Source: Terriglobia bacterium
GTDB taxonomy: Bacteria > Acidobacteriota > Vicinamibacteria > Vicinamibacterales > CAVVIG01
Assembly (NCBI GenBank): GCA_020073005.1
Contig: JAIQFX010000037.1
Location: 18-64,017, forward strand
Direction: 5' to 3'
DNA: 64,000 nucleotides
Position numbers and translations under genes: made by a program. A model generated the notes under the pieces. That model searched no databases and was not told the origin of the DNA. It saw only the letters and a program-made list of their open reading frames with translations. Shown one piece after another: positions 26,325 to 34,245 of this stretch; the first letter of the stretch is position 1; every line of letters begins with the position of its first letter.

Positions 26325-28379
26325 GTGACCGCGTCTCTCGCGTCGCTCGCGCTCGGGGCGCCGGGCATCTACCCGGCCGCCAGCGAGCCGATTCGCATGC
26401 TGACCGGCGTGCGCATGGACGTCTGCGCGTTCGCGGGCGTCGCGCCGCGCGGTCCCGCGCGCGATCCGTACTTCGACGCCGAGTGGGCGCCGAAGCCGGA
26501 GTCGGAGCGGCCGCGCGATCTCAACGTCAAGCTCGCGACGCCGGTCGCGGTGGAAAGCTGGAGCGAATACACGCGCCTGTTCGGATCGTTCGAAGGTCCC
26601 GGCCTTCTGCCGTACGCGGTCTCCGCGTTCTTCGACAACGGCGGCCGGCGCGCGTACATCGTCCGCATCGTCCATCAGTACTTCAAGGCTGACGGATCCG
26701 GCGATGACGACAAAAACGGCGCCGGATTCGCGCGGGCCGCATTCGCGGGACTGACGGCGAGCGGCGGCCGCGCCGTCTGGGTCCGCGCGCGCAACGAGGG
26801 CTCGTGGGGGAACAGCCTCCGCGTCACGCTTTCGTTCACCGCGCGCACGCTCGGCCTCGCCGCGTCCGACTTCTACGTCGATCGCCTCAGCCTGCCGAAC
26901 GGCGCCGACGCCGTGCCGGGCGCGGTGCTCCGCTTGTTCCTCGGCGCCGGCGTGAAAACGATCCGGCGCATCTCGCTCGTGACCGAGGACTGGAATCCGC
27001 TCGACGGATCGCGGCAGACGTGGGCCTGGTTCGATCACGCCACGGCATCGGCCGCGCAATCCGCCGAGCTGATCGAAGGCGTCGTGACGATCGACGACGG
27101 CGTCAACGCGATCGAGACCTTCGAGCACGTCGGGCTGGCCGCGAACCATCCGCGCTGGCTGGCGAACGTCCTCGTCAACGACTCTGAGCGTCTGTATCCC
27201 TGCGACGATCCCGCGCTGGGCAGCGGCAATCCGCTCGCGTCGTGGATCGACGCGGACCTCGACGTCGACGCGCGGCTCGATCCGATCGCGACGGCTGTCT
27301 TCACCGGCGGCACCGACCGTTACGCCGACATCGTGCCGGAGGATTTCTTCGACAGCGAGTGGGTCCTCGGCGACGACGCGCCGGGCTGCGGCGTCCACGC
27401 GCTGACGCAGCTCGACGATCTCTCGCTCGTCGTCGTGCCGGATCTGTACTCGCCCGGCGCCCTCGCGCCGATCGAATCGATCGTCGAGCCCGCCACGTTT
27501 GCGGGCGCGGAGTTCGCCGAGTGCATCGACCCGGCACCGCCCGACGCGCAGGGCGAGCCGGCCGAGGACCTGACCGGCCTCCGGCTCGATCCTTCCGTCG
27601 ACTTCGACGCCATCGTCGCGCTCCAGCGGCAGCTCGCCGATCTCGCGGACGATCTCGAATCGTTCATCGTCCTGCTCGACGTGCCGCCGCGCCTGAGCCA
27701 GAAGAAGATGCTGAACTGGCGCGCGAAGTTCGACAGCGCGTATGCCGCCGCGTATTACCCGTGGCTGGACGTCACGCGGGCCGACGACGCGCGCGACGCC
27801 AAGATCGCGGTGAATCCATCGGCCGCCGCCGCCGGCATCATCGCGCAGCGCGAGACGCAGTTCGGCGTGCCGTACGGTCCGGCCAACGTGATCGCGACGG
27901 GCGTCGTCGCGGTCGAGGATCGCGTCTCGCCCGCGCGTCACGCCGAGCTGCACCAGAACGCGGTCAACGTCTTCGTGCCCGAGCGCGACGGCGTCCGCCT
28001 GACCGCGGCGCGGACCCTCTCGCGCGATCCGCAGTGGCGGCAGCTCAACGTCCGCCGCCTCGTGACGATGATCCGGCGCGTCCTCGAGCGCCAGATGCAG
28101 TGGGTCGTCTTCGAGCCCAACACGCGACAGCTGCGATTTCAGATCGCGCGCCTGCTCGACGCGTTTCTCCGGCAGCTCTATCGCGCCAACGCGTTCGCGG
28201 GCGCGACGGAAGCCGAGGCGTTCTTCGTCAAGTGCGACGACGAGCTGAATCCGCCGGTGTCGCAGGAGGCCGGGCGGCTGCTGGCGCACGTCGGCGTCGC
28301 GCCGGCCGAGCCGCTCGAGTTCATCGTCGTCAACCTCGCGCGCGAAGGCGATTCCATCCTGACGGCGGAGGACCACTGA
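26325..28379 (+). CDS. contractile tail sheath protein (copy 2, longer)
   Basis: 684 aa with a GTG start. LGAPGIYPAASEP...VCAFAGVAPRGP. The C-terminal part reads AAYYPWLDV ... NVFVPERDGVRLTAARTLSRDPQWRQLNVRRLVTMIRRVLERQMQWVVFEPN. Confidence 0.85.
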   Translation: MTASLASLALGAPGIYPAASEPIRMLTGVRMDVCAFAGVAPRGPARDPYFDAEWAPKPESERPRDLNVKLATPVAVESWSEYTRLFGSFEGPGLLPYAVSAFFDNGGRRAYIVRIVHQYFKADGSGDDDKNGAGFARAAFAGLTASGGRAVWVRARNEGSWGNSLRVTLSFTARTLGLAASDFYVDRLSLPNGADAVPGAVLRLFLGAGVKTIRRISLVTEDWNPLDGSRQTWAWFDHATASAAQSAELIEGVVTIDDGVNAIETFEHVGLAANHPRWLANVLVNDSERLYPCDDPALGSGNPLASWIDADLDVDARLDPIATAVFTGGTDRYADIVPEDFFDSEWVLGDDAPGCGVHALTQLDDLSLVVVPDLYSPGALAPIESIVEPATFAGAEFAECIDPAPPDAQGEPAEDLTGLRLDPSVDFDAIVALQRQLADLADDLESFIVLLDVPPRLSQKKMLNWRAKFDSAYAAAYYPWLDVTRADDARDAKIAVNPSAAAAGIIAQRETQFGVPYGPANVIATGVVAVEDRVSPARHAELHQNAVNVFVPERDGVRLTAARTLSRDPQWRQLNVRRLVTMIRRVLERQMQWVVFEPNTRQLRFQIARLLDAFLRQLYRANAFAGATEAEAFFVKCDDELNPPVSQEAGRLLAHVGVAPAEPLEFIVVNLAREGDSILTAEDH

Positions 28380-28852
28380 TGGCCTCCACGCTCGCGGGCA
28401 CGTTCAACTTCCGCGTCACGCTGAACCGCAGCGACGGCAGCTCGCCGCCGCTCGGCGACGGCGGCTTTCAGGAGTGCACCGGCCTCGATCTCGAAATGGA
28501 CGTCGTCGAGCTGATCGAAGGCGGCCGCAACAACGGCACCGTGCGGCAGGCCGGGCGCGGCAAGTTCAGCAGCATCGTGCTCAAGCGCGGGATGCTCTTT
28601 CCGGATCGCGGCGAAGTGAACAACGGACTGTGGAGCTGGATCCAGAGCGTGTTGAACGGCGAGCGCCCGATCGCGCGCTACGACGGCGTCATCGAGGTGC
28701 TGTCGGCCGACGCCAACGACACCGTCGCGACGTGGACGTTCGACCGCGGGCTGCCGCAGAAGATTTCCGGTCCGCACCTCAACGCGAAGAGCGGCGAGAT
28801 CGCGATCGAGGAACTGACGATCGCGCACGAAGGCCTGCGTCTCAAGGTGTGA
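28379..28852 (+). CDS. tail tube protein, copy 2
   Basis: 157 aa. The ATG at 28379 overlaps the sheath-2 stop (TGATG). FNFRVTLNRS...GGFQECTGLDLEMDVVELIEGGRNNGTVRQAGRGKFSSIVLKRGM ... EELTIAHEGLRL. The track shows it only as the tail of spurious ORF 27242..28852. Confidence 0.85.
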   Translation: MASTLAGTFNFRVTLNRSDGSSPPLGDGGFQECTGLDLEMDVVELIEGGRNNGTVRQAGRGKFSSIVLKRGMLFPDRGEVNNGLWSWIQSVLNGERPIARYDGVIEVLSADANDTVATWTFDRGLPQKISGPHLNAKSGEIAIEELTIAHEGLRLKV

Positions 28853-28856
28853 TGCC

Positions 28857-30215
28857 ATGCCGACGCTGAAGAAAGCCACGCTGCAGGAAATCAAGGCCGA
28901 CGCGAGCGCCGCGCCGCTCGGGCCCGAGATCGAAGTGCAGTTCAACCCGGCGTCGCTGAGGCTCGAGCTGGCGAACAGAATCGAGGGCGGCGAATCGAAG
29001 GGCAAGCAGCAGCGGCAGTACCTGGGCAAGACGTCGACGACGCTCTCTTTCGATCTGCACTTCGACACGGCCGATCAGGGCACGACCGACGCGCCGGTCT
29101 CGGTGCGCACGCTCACCGCGCAGGTCGAGAAATTCCTCCTGCCGAAAGGCGAGGGCAACGCGAAGCAGGCGCCGCCCAAGTGCCGGTTCCACTGGGACGA
29201 GCTCGTCATCGACGGCATCATCGAGAGCGTCTCGATCGACTTCGATCTGTTCGCGTCCAACGGCACGCCGCTGCGCGCGAAGATGGGCGTGTCGATCAAG
29301 GAACAGGACGCGAAGTACGAGCTGCTCCAGAGCGGTCCCGGCGCGAACACGGCCGCCGGCGCATCGCCGTCCGGGGCCTCGCTGGCGGCGGGAAGCTCGA
29401 TCAGCCCGCCGGATCGCAGCGCCGATGCGCTCGAGGGCGAATCGGTGGCGGACTTCGCGGCTCGCATGGGGCTCGACCCGTCGGCGTGGCGCGGGATCGC
29501 GGACGGCCTCGGCGCGGCGAGCTCGCTGTCGCTGTCGGCGGGCCTGTCGATCGGCTTCAGCTCGTCGCTCTCCGCCAGCGCCGGCATCGGCGTCTCGGTC
29601 GGCGTCGAAGCCGGCGCGAGCGCGTCGCTGGACGCGTCGTTCGGTCTCGACGCCAGCGCGAGCGTGAAGGTCGCGTCGGGATCGAGCGCATCGACCTCCT
29701 CCGGCCTCGCGCTCACCGCGGCAGGAGGCGTCGGCGCGGCGCTGGAATCCGTCGCGAGCGCGAAAGCGCAGAGTGCGGCCGGCGACGCCAAGCGATCGTT
29801 CGCGTCGGCGGCGCCGTCATCCGCGCCGTCCTCCGCATCTTCATCGTCGGCGCCGAGCGGGGCCGCATCGAGCCTGCCGTCGAGCATCGCCGCGGCGCTG
29901 CCGCCATCGACGATGCCGAAGCCGTCGCTGCCGGAACAATCGCGCACGCCGCTGCAGTTGAGCGGCCTGCCGTCGCCGGCGACGCAAGCCGCCACACCGA
30001 GCGCGCCGCCGCCGCCGGCCGCCGATCCGCGCACGACGTCGTTCGGCTTCGGCGTTCCGCTGAAACCGCGATCGAACGTGACGGCGGCGACGGCGGCGCC
30101 GAACGATCCATCGGCCGCGCCCTGGACGCGGCCGCCCGTCGTATCGGCGACAACACCGGCGAGCCCGTGCAGCTGTCGCCCGCGGCGCCGTCAGGGAGCG
30201 CACACATGCCAGTGA
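28857..30215 (+). CDS. tube-fold N-terminal domain protein (Afp7-like tube initiator, LysM-like segment) with a long Ser/Ala-rich tail
   Basis: 452 aa. The N-terminal roughly 150 aa (IEVQFNPASLRLEL ... TLSFDLHFDT ... CRFHWDELVIDGIIESVSIDFDLFASNGTPLRAKMGVSIKE) resemble the CIS tube-like domain. GESVADFAARMGLDPSAWRGIA is LysM-like (tentative). Residues from about 170 to 400 are Ser/Ala/Gly low complexity. Confidence 0.65.
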   Translation: MPTLKKATLQEIKADASAAPLGPEIEVQFNPASLRLELANRIEGGESKGKQQRQYLGKTSTTLSFDLHFDTADQGTTDAPVSVRTLTAQVEKFLLPKGEGNAKQAPPKCRFHWDELVIDGIIESVSIDFDLFASNGTPLRAKMGVSIKEQDAKYELLQSGPGANTAAGASPSGASLAAGSSISPPDRSADALEGESVADFAARMGLDPSAWRGIADGLGAASSLSLSAGLSIGFSSSLSASAGIGVSVGVEAGASASLDASFGLDASASVKVASGSSASTSSGLALTAAGGVGAALESVASAKAQSAAGDAKRSFASAAPSSAPSSASSSSAPSGAASSLPSSIAAALPPSTMPKPSLPEQSRTPLQLSGLPSPATQAATPSAPPPPAADPRTTSFGFGVPLKPRSNVTAATAAPNDPSAAPWTRPPVVSATTPASPCSCRPRRRQGAHTCQ

Positions 30216-30382
30216 CGATCGGCGAGCTGACCACCGAAGTGATCGCGGAAGACGCCGCGCCCGCGGCGAGCGCCGGCGCGGCGGCGGGCGATGAGCCGCA
30301 GCACCTCACGATGATTCGCGCCCAGATGGCGGCCGTCGCGCGCGAGACGATGCGAACGCGCGCGGAAGGGTTCGATGACTGA
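30206..30382 (+). CDS. small DUF5908-like (Afp6/Pvc6-like) protein
   Basis: 58 aa. MPVTIGELTTEVIAEDAAP... matches my recollection of the MP[IV]EI.EL N-terminus of the roughly 60-aa eCIS-associated family. It overlaps both neighbours (by 10 nt and 8 nt). It is hidden in the track inside ORF 29180..30382. Confidence 0.55.
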   Translation: MPVTIGELTTEVIAEDAAPAASAGAAAGDEPQHLTMIRAQMAAVARETMRTRAEGFDD

Positions 30383-31454
30383 TCTCTTCGTCTCGAAGTC
30401 GCCCGTCTTCAAGGTGGACGGCCAGGTGCGCGGCGAGCTCGCGCGCGACATGTCGTCGCTGCGGATCGACGAGGCGACCGACGGTCTCAAGACGATGGTG
30501 TTGAACCTGACGGCCGAGGGGCCGCAGGACAACGCGGCCGAGGAACAGCAGCTCTATCTCGACGGCCGGATCGTGGATTTCGGCAAGGCGATCGAAGTGT
30601 CGATCGGACCCGGCGACAACGCGCGGATCGTGTTCAAGGGCGTCATCAGCGCGATCGAAGTGAACTTCAGCGGCGGCGGCGTGCCTCACGTCACCGTGTT
30701 CGCGGAGGACAAGCTGATGAACCTGCGCATGACGCGGCGCATCAAGACGTGGGAGAACATGACCGACGCCGATATCGCGAGCCAGATCGCGTCCGAGAAC
30801 GGGCTGACCGCCGACACATCCGCGACGGGGCCGACCTACAAGGTCGTCCAGCAGTGGAACCAGAGCGATCTCGCGTTCCTGCGCGAGCGCGCCCGCCTGA
30901 TCCAGGCCGAGGTGTGGTTCGACAACGACACGCTCTGCTTCAAGACGCGCGGCAACCGCGCCGGCACGACGATGACGCTCGTGCAGGGCCGCGAGCTGAT
31001 CGACGTGCAGATTCGCGCGGATCTCGCGCACCAGCGCACGAAGGTCAAGGCCAGCGGCTTCGACGCGGGCGCTCGCGATCAGATCGACGAAGAGTCGGGA
31101 TCGGACGCGATCCAGGCGGAGATCTCCGGCGGCCGCACCGGCCCCGCGGTCCTCGAGCAGGCGTTCGGCGAGCGCGTGTCGTACCGCGTGCGCGAGAATC
31201 CGCTCGCGTCGGGCGAAGCGAGCGCGTGGGCCAAGGCGGAGATGCTGCGCCGGTGCCGCGGCTTCGTCACGGCGCTCGGCACGACCGACGGCTCGCCGGA
31301 CATGGTGGTCGGCAGCACGCTGAACCTCGATCGCGTCGGCGCGCCGTTCAACGGCGACGGCTACTACGTCGTCCACGTGTCGCACACCTACGATCTCGCC
31401 CACGGGTACCGCACGCACTTCGAAGCGCAGCGGCCCACGATCAACGAGGCCTGA
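30375..31454 (+). CDS. phage late control gene D (gpD)-like baseplate hub protein
   Basis: 359 aa. TVFAEDKLMNLRMTRRIKTWENMTDADIASQIASENGLTAD ... QQWNQSDLAFLRERARLIQAEVWFDNDTLCF ... GDGYYVVHVSHTYD. Confidence 0.85.
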   Translation: MTDLFVSKSPVFKVDGQVRGELARDMSSLRIDEATDGLKTMVLNLTAEGPQDNAAEEQQLYLDGRIVDFGKAIEVSIGPGDNARIVFKGVISAIEVNFSGGGVPHVTVFAEDKLMNLRMTRRIKTWENMTDADIASQIASENGLTADTSATGPTYKVVQQWNQSDLAFLRERARLIQAEVWFDNDTLCFKTRGNRAGTTMTLVQGRELIDVQIRADLAHQRTKVKASGFDAGARDQIDEESGSDAIQAEISGGRTGPAVLEQAFGERVSYRVRENPLASGEASAWAKAEMLRRCRGFVTALGTTDGSPDMVVGSTLNLDRVGAPFNGDGYYVVHVSHTYDLAHGYRTHFEAQRPTINEA

Positions 31455-31455
31455 T

Positions 31456-32127
31456 GTGAAGATCGATGCCTTCAGGCCCGACGGCGACGCGCCCCGCTAC
31501 TTCGGCGTGTACCCCGCCATCGTCACCGACCTCACGAAGGACAGCGAGAGCCTCGGCCGCGTCGAGGTGAAGTTTCCGTGGCTCGGCGCGGACGGCTCGG
31601 ACGTGCGCGCGCTCGCGACGCTGTGCACGCCGTACGCCGACGACGATCAGGGGCTCGAGATCATTCCGGAAGTCGACTCGCAGGTCGTCGTCGCGTTCGA
31701 AGCCGGAGTGCTCACCCGGCCGTACATCATCGGCGCCTGCTGGAACGGACAAGAGTCGCTGCCGGAGAGCCCGACCGCCGCGAACAACAAGCGGCTCATC
31801 AAGACGCGATCGGGGAGCCAGCTCGAGTTCGACGACACGTCCGGCGCCGCAAAAGTCACGATCTCGATGAAGAGCGGGCACGTCCTCGTGCTCGACGACA
31901 GCGCGCAGGAGATCAAGCTCACGCACTCGAACGGCTGCCTGCTCAAGATGAACGCCGCGGGCCAGGTCTCGCTCACGGCCAACTCCACGGTCGAGATCAC
32001 GGCGTCGGCCGTGAACGTCCACGCCGCGACGGCCACCTTCGACGGGATCGTGAACTGCACGACGCTGATCGCGTCGAGCGCGGTCGTGTCGCCGTCCTAC
32101 ACGCCGGGCGCCGGCAACATCTGGTGA
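31456..32127 (+). CDS. gp5/baseplate-V (VgrG C-terminal-like) spike protein
   Basis: 223 aa with a GTG start. YFGVYPAIVTDLTKDSESLGRVEVKFPWLG ... IPEVDSQVVVAFEAGVLTRPYIIGACWNG is an OB-fold. It is followed by beta-helix-like repeats (KVTISMKSGHVLVLDDSAQEIKLTHSNGCLLKMNAAGQVSLTANSTVEITA). Confidence 0.85.
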   Translation: MKIDAFRPDGDAPRYFGVYPAIVTDLTKDSESLGRVEVKFPWLGADGSDVRALATLCTPYADDDQGLEIIPEVDSQVVVAFEAGVLTRPYIIGACWNGQESLPESPTAANNKRLIKTRSGSQLEFDDTSGAAKVTISMKSGHVLVLDDSAQEIKLTHSNGCLLKMNAAGQVSLTANSTVEITASAVNVHAATATFDGIVNCTTLIASSAVVSPSYTPGAGNIW

Positions 32128-32131
32128 CGCG

Positions 32132-33853
32132 ATGACGCATCCGATCGAACGCGACTGGATGATCGTGGCGCCCTGGTGGCGGTGGACCGATCCCGCGACG
32201 GTTCCGGCGGGCACGCCGGTCACGCCCGATCCGGCGAAGGGCCGGCTCTCGACGCCGATCTTCCAGAAGTACGACTCGGCCAGCCTCGTCACGGACTTCA
32301 TGAAGGATCCGCAGCGCTGCCTGACGTTCGTCGACGACGATCTCGTCCACGCGGTCCGCGCGCGATCGGGCGCCTCGACGAGCAAGGCGGGCAAGCTCTT
32401 CCGCATCACGGCCAGCACGCAGTCTGGCGCGGTGGTCGATCAGGAATACGTGCCTGACGGCACCGACACGCGAAAGATCTTTCTCAACACGCACAAGCGT
32501 TTCTATCTCGCCGTCTGCGACGTGCGGTGCGACGGCCCGGGCTTCCCGAAGGTCGCGCGCAACAAGATTTGCCAGGCGGGGTTCGTCGTCCGGCGGCGCA
32601 CGCTCACGGCTCCAGGAAATGCGCTCGACGAAGTGAAGCCGATCGTGAAGCGCTTGACGACGAGCCGGAGCAAGCTGGCGCGCGTCAACGAACTGAGCGA
32701 GATCGAGCAGTTGGCGCTCAGCGAGGCGACCGGCGGCAAGACGACGACGAGCGCCAAGCTCGAGTCGCTCCTGAAGACGCGCGCGTCGCTGCAGGATCTG
32801 CTCGCCACGGAGCGGGACCGCTTCGACGCGTGGGTGAAGCGGTTCAACGTCGTCCCGCAGCTGCAGGGCTGGTTCCCGTCGCCGAAGGGCTTCGCGAACG
32901 TCGGCTACTGGGGAACCGTGAGCGAGAGCCCGGATGCGCTCGGTACTGAGTCGAGCTTTCCGCTTTACCCGCTGATTCCCGATCAGAACGATCCGGATCA
33001 CGACGGCCAGTTCGGGACGATCTACTTCGGGCTCCTGCCGGTCTCGTCGCACGACTGCGACGAGACCGGCCGCGCGCGCTTCGACGATCAGGAGTACTAC
33101 GAGGTGCGCTGCTGGGTGACGCGGCATCTCGTGCCGCACGATCCCGATCAGCCGTGCCCGTGCCCCGACGGCATCTTCTGGAGCCGGCCGACGCGGCCGT
33201 ACAAGCTCGCGCCGCACTTCGATCTCGCGGGCACGAGCAATCAGCCCATCACGATCCAGCTGCCCGATCTCAACGCGCTCGCCGCGCAGGCGAAGCCGAC
33301 GCTCGGCGTCGGGTTCGCGAAGCCGCCGGGCTCGCTCATGCTCCAGACCTCCACCGACGGGACGCCCAAGAAGAAGGACTCCGGACGATCCGCGTCATTC
33401 GAGATCTGCTTCTTCCCGATCCCGCTGATCACGATCGTCGCGACGTTCGTGTTTCAGCTCTTCCTGCCTGTCGTCATGTTCGTCTTCCAGTTGTGGTGGA
33501 TGCTCGCGCTGAAGTTCTGCATCCCGCCCGAGATCGAAGTCGGCGCCGCGATCAGCGCCGAGATCGGACTCGGCGGGCAGATTGGCATCAAAGCCGACGT
33601 GGACCTCGACGCCGAGATCGAGGCGCGCATCGATGGGGCCGTGCAGCTCAGCGTGAACAAGGCGTTCGATCCTGCGACCGCGGCTTCTCTGCTCGCCACG
33701 TACTCGCCGATCGCGCTCGCGAACCTGGAAGTCGGCGCCAGCTCGGCGGCGGCCGCGACCGACACGGATCCGGACACGACCGCTCCCGCCGGCGCCGACG
33801 TGCCGTCGGCCGTCGCCAATCTCGACTACGAGCCTGAGGTCACGCACGCATGA
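32132..33853 (+). CDS. unassigned 573-aa protein with a C-terminal hydrophobic hairpin, located between spike and gp25
   Basis: Good coding bias. It has Cys-containing motifs (YLAVCDVRCDG, SSHDCDETG, VRCWV, QPCPCPDG). A roughly 40-residue hydrophobic stretch, FEICFFPIPLITIVATFVFQLFLPVVMFVFQLWWMLALKFCI, is encoded at about 33398-33526. I do not recognise a family. Confidence 0.6.
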   Translation: MTHPIERDWMIVAPWWRWTDPATVPAGTPVTPDPAKGRLSTPIFQKYDSASLVTDFMKDPQRCLTFVDDDLVHAVRARSGASTSKAGKLFRITASTQSGAVVDQEYVPDGTDTRKIFLNTHKRFYLAVCDVRCDGPGFPKVARNKICQAGFVVRRRTLTAPGNALDEVKPIVKRLTTSRSKLARVNELSEIEQLALSEATGGKTTTSAKLESLLKTRASLQDLLATERDRFDAWVKRFNVVPQLQGWFPSPKGFANVGYWGTVSESPDALGTESSFPLYPLIPDQNDPDHDGQFGTIYFGLLPVSSHDCDETGRARFDDQEYYEVRCWVTRHLVPHDPDQPCPCPDGIFWSRPTRPYKLAPHFDLAGTSNQPITIQLPDLNALAAQAKPTLGVGFAKPPGSLMLQTSTDGTPKKKDSGRSASFEICFFPIPLITIVATFVFQLFLPVVMFVFQLWWMLALKFCIPPEIEVGAAISAEIGLGGQIGIKADVDLDAEIEARIDGAVQLSVNKAFDPATAASLLATYSPIALANLEVGASSAAAATDTDPDTTAPAGADVPSAVANLDYEPEVTHA

Positions 33854-34239
33854 GCGCGATTGCCTTTCTCGGCCAGGGATGGAATTTCCCCGTGGCGCCG
33901 CCGCCCTCCGGCGGAGCGCTCGAGTACGCCTCGGGCCCGGACAAGGTCGCGCAGTCGATCTGGATCATTCTCGACACCGATCCGGGCGAGCGCGTGATGC
34001 GGCCGACCTTCGGCTGCGGGCTGCGCCGGTATCTCATGGCGCCCAATACGACGGCGACGCGCGCGCTGATCAAGCACGACGTGCAGATCGCGCTCGCGAC
34101 GCTCGAGCCGCGCATCACCGTGACGGATCTGCAGGTCACGCCGGGCGACGATCCCGCGCTGGTGCTCATTCGCGTCGCGTACCTCAACATCCGCGACAAC
34201 CGGCCGGGCAACCTCGTGTACCCGTTCTATCTGGAGTAG
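33850..34239 (+). CDS. GPW/gp25-family baseplate wedge protein
   Basis: 129 aa. GQGWNFP ... VAQSIWIILDTDPGERVMRPTFGCGLRRYLMAPN ... The start overlaps the upstream stop (ATGA). Confidence 0.85.
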   Translation: MSAIAFLGQGWNFPVAPPPSGGALEYASGPDKVAQSIWIILDTDPGERVMRPTFGCGLRRYLMAPNTTATRALIKHDVQIALATLEPRITVTDLQVTPGDDPALVLIRVAYLNIRDNRPGNLVYPFYLE

Positions 34240-34245
34240 CGACGC

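Noticed and set aside
31456-34239. A search for a PAAR-domain gene around the spike and gp25 genes, and among all small ORFs of the locus.
   Set aside because: No ORF of about 90-180 aa with PAAR-like repeats was found in a frame with coding bias. I report the absence rather than forcing a call. A divergent PAAR fold inside the 573-aa protein cannot be excluded by eye.
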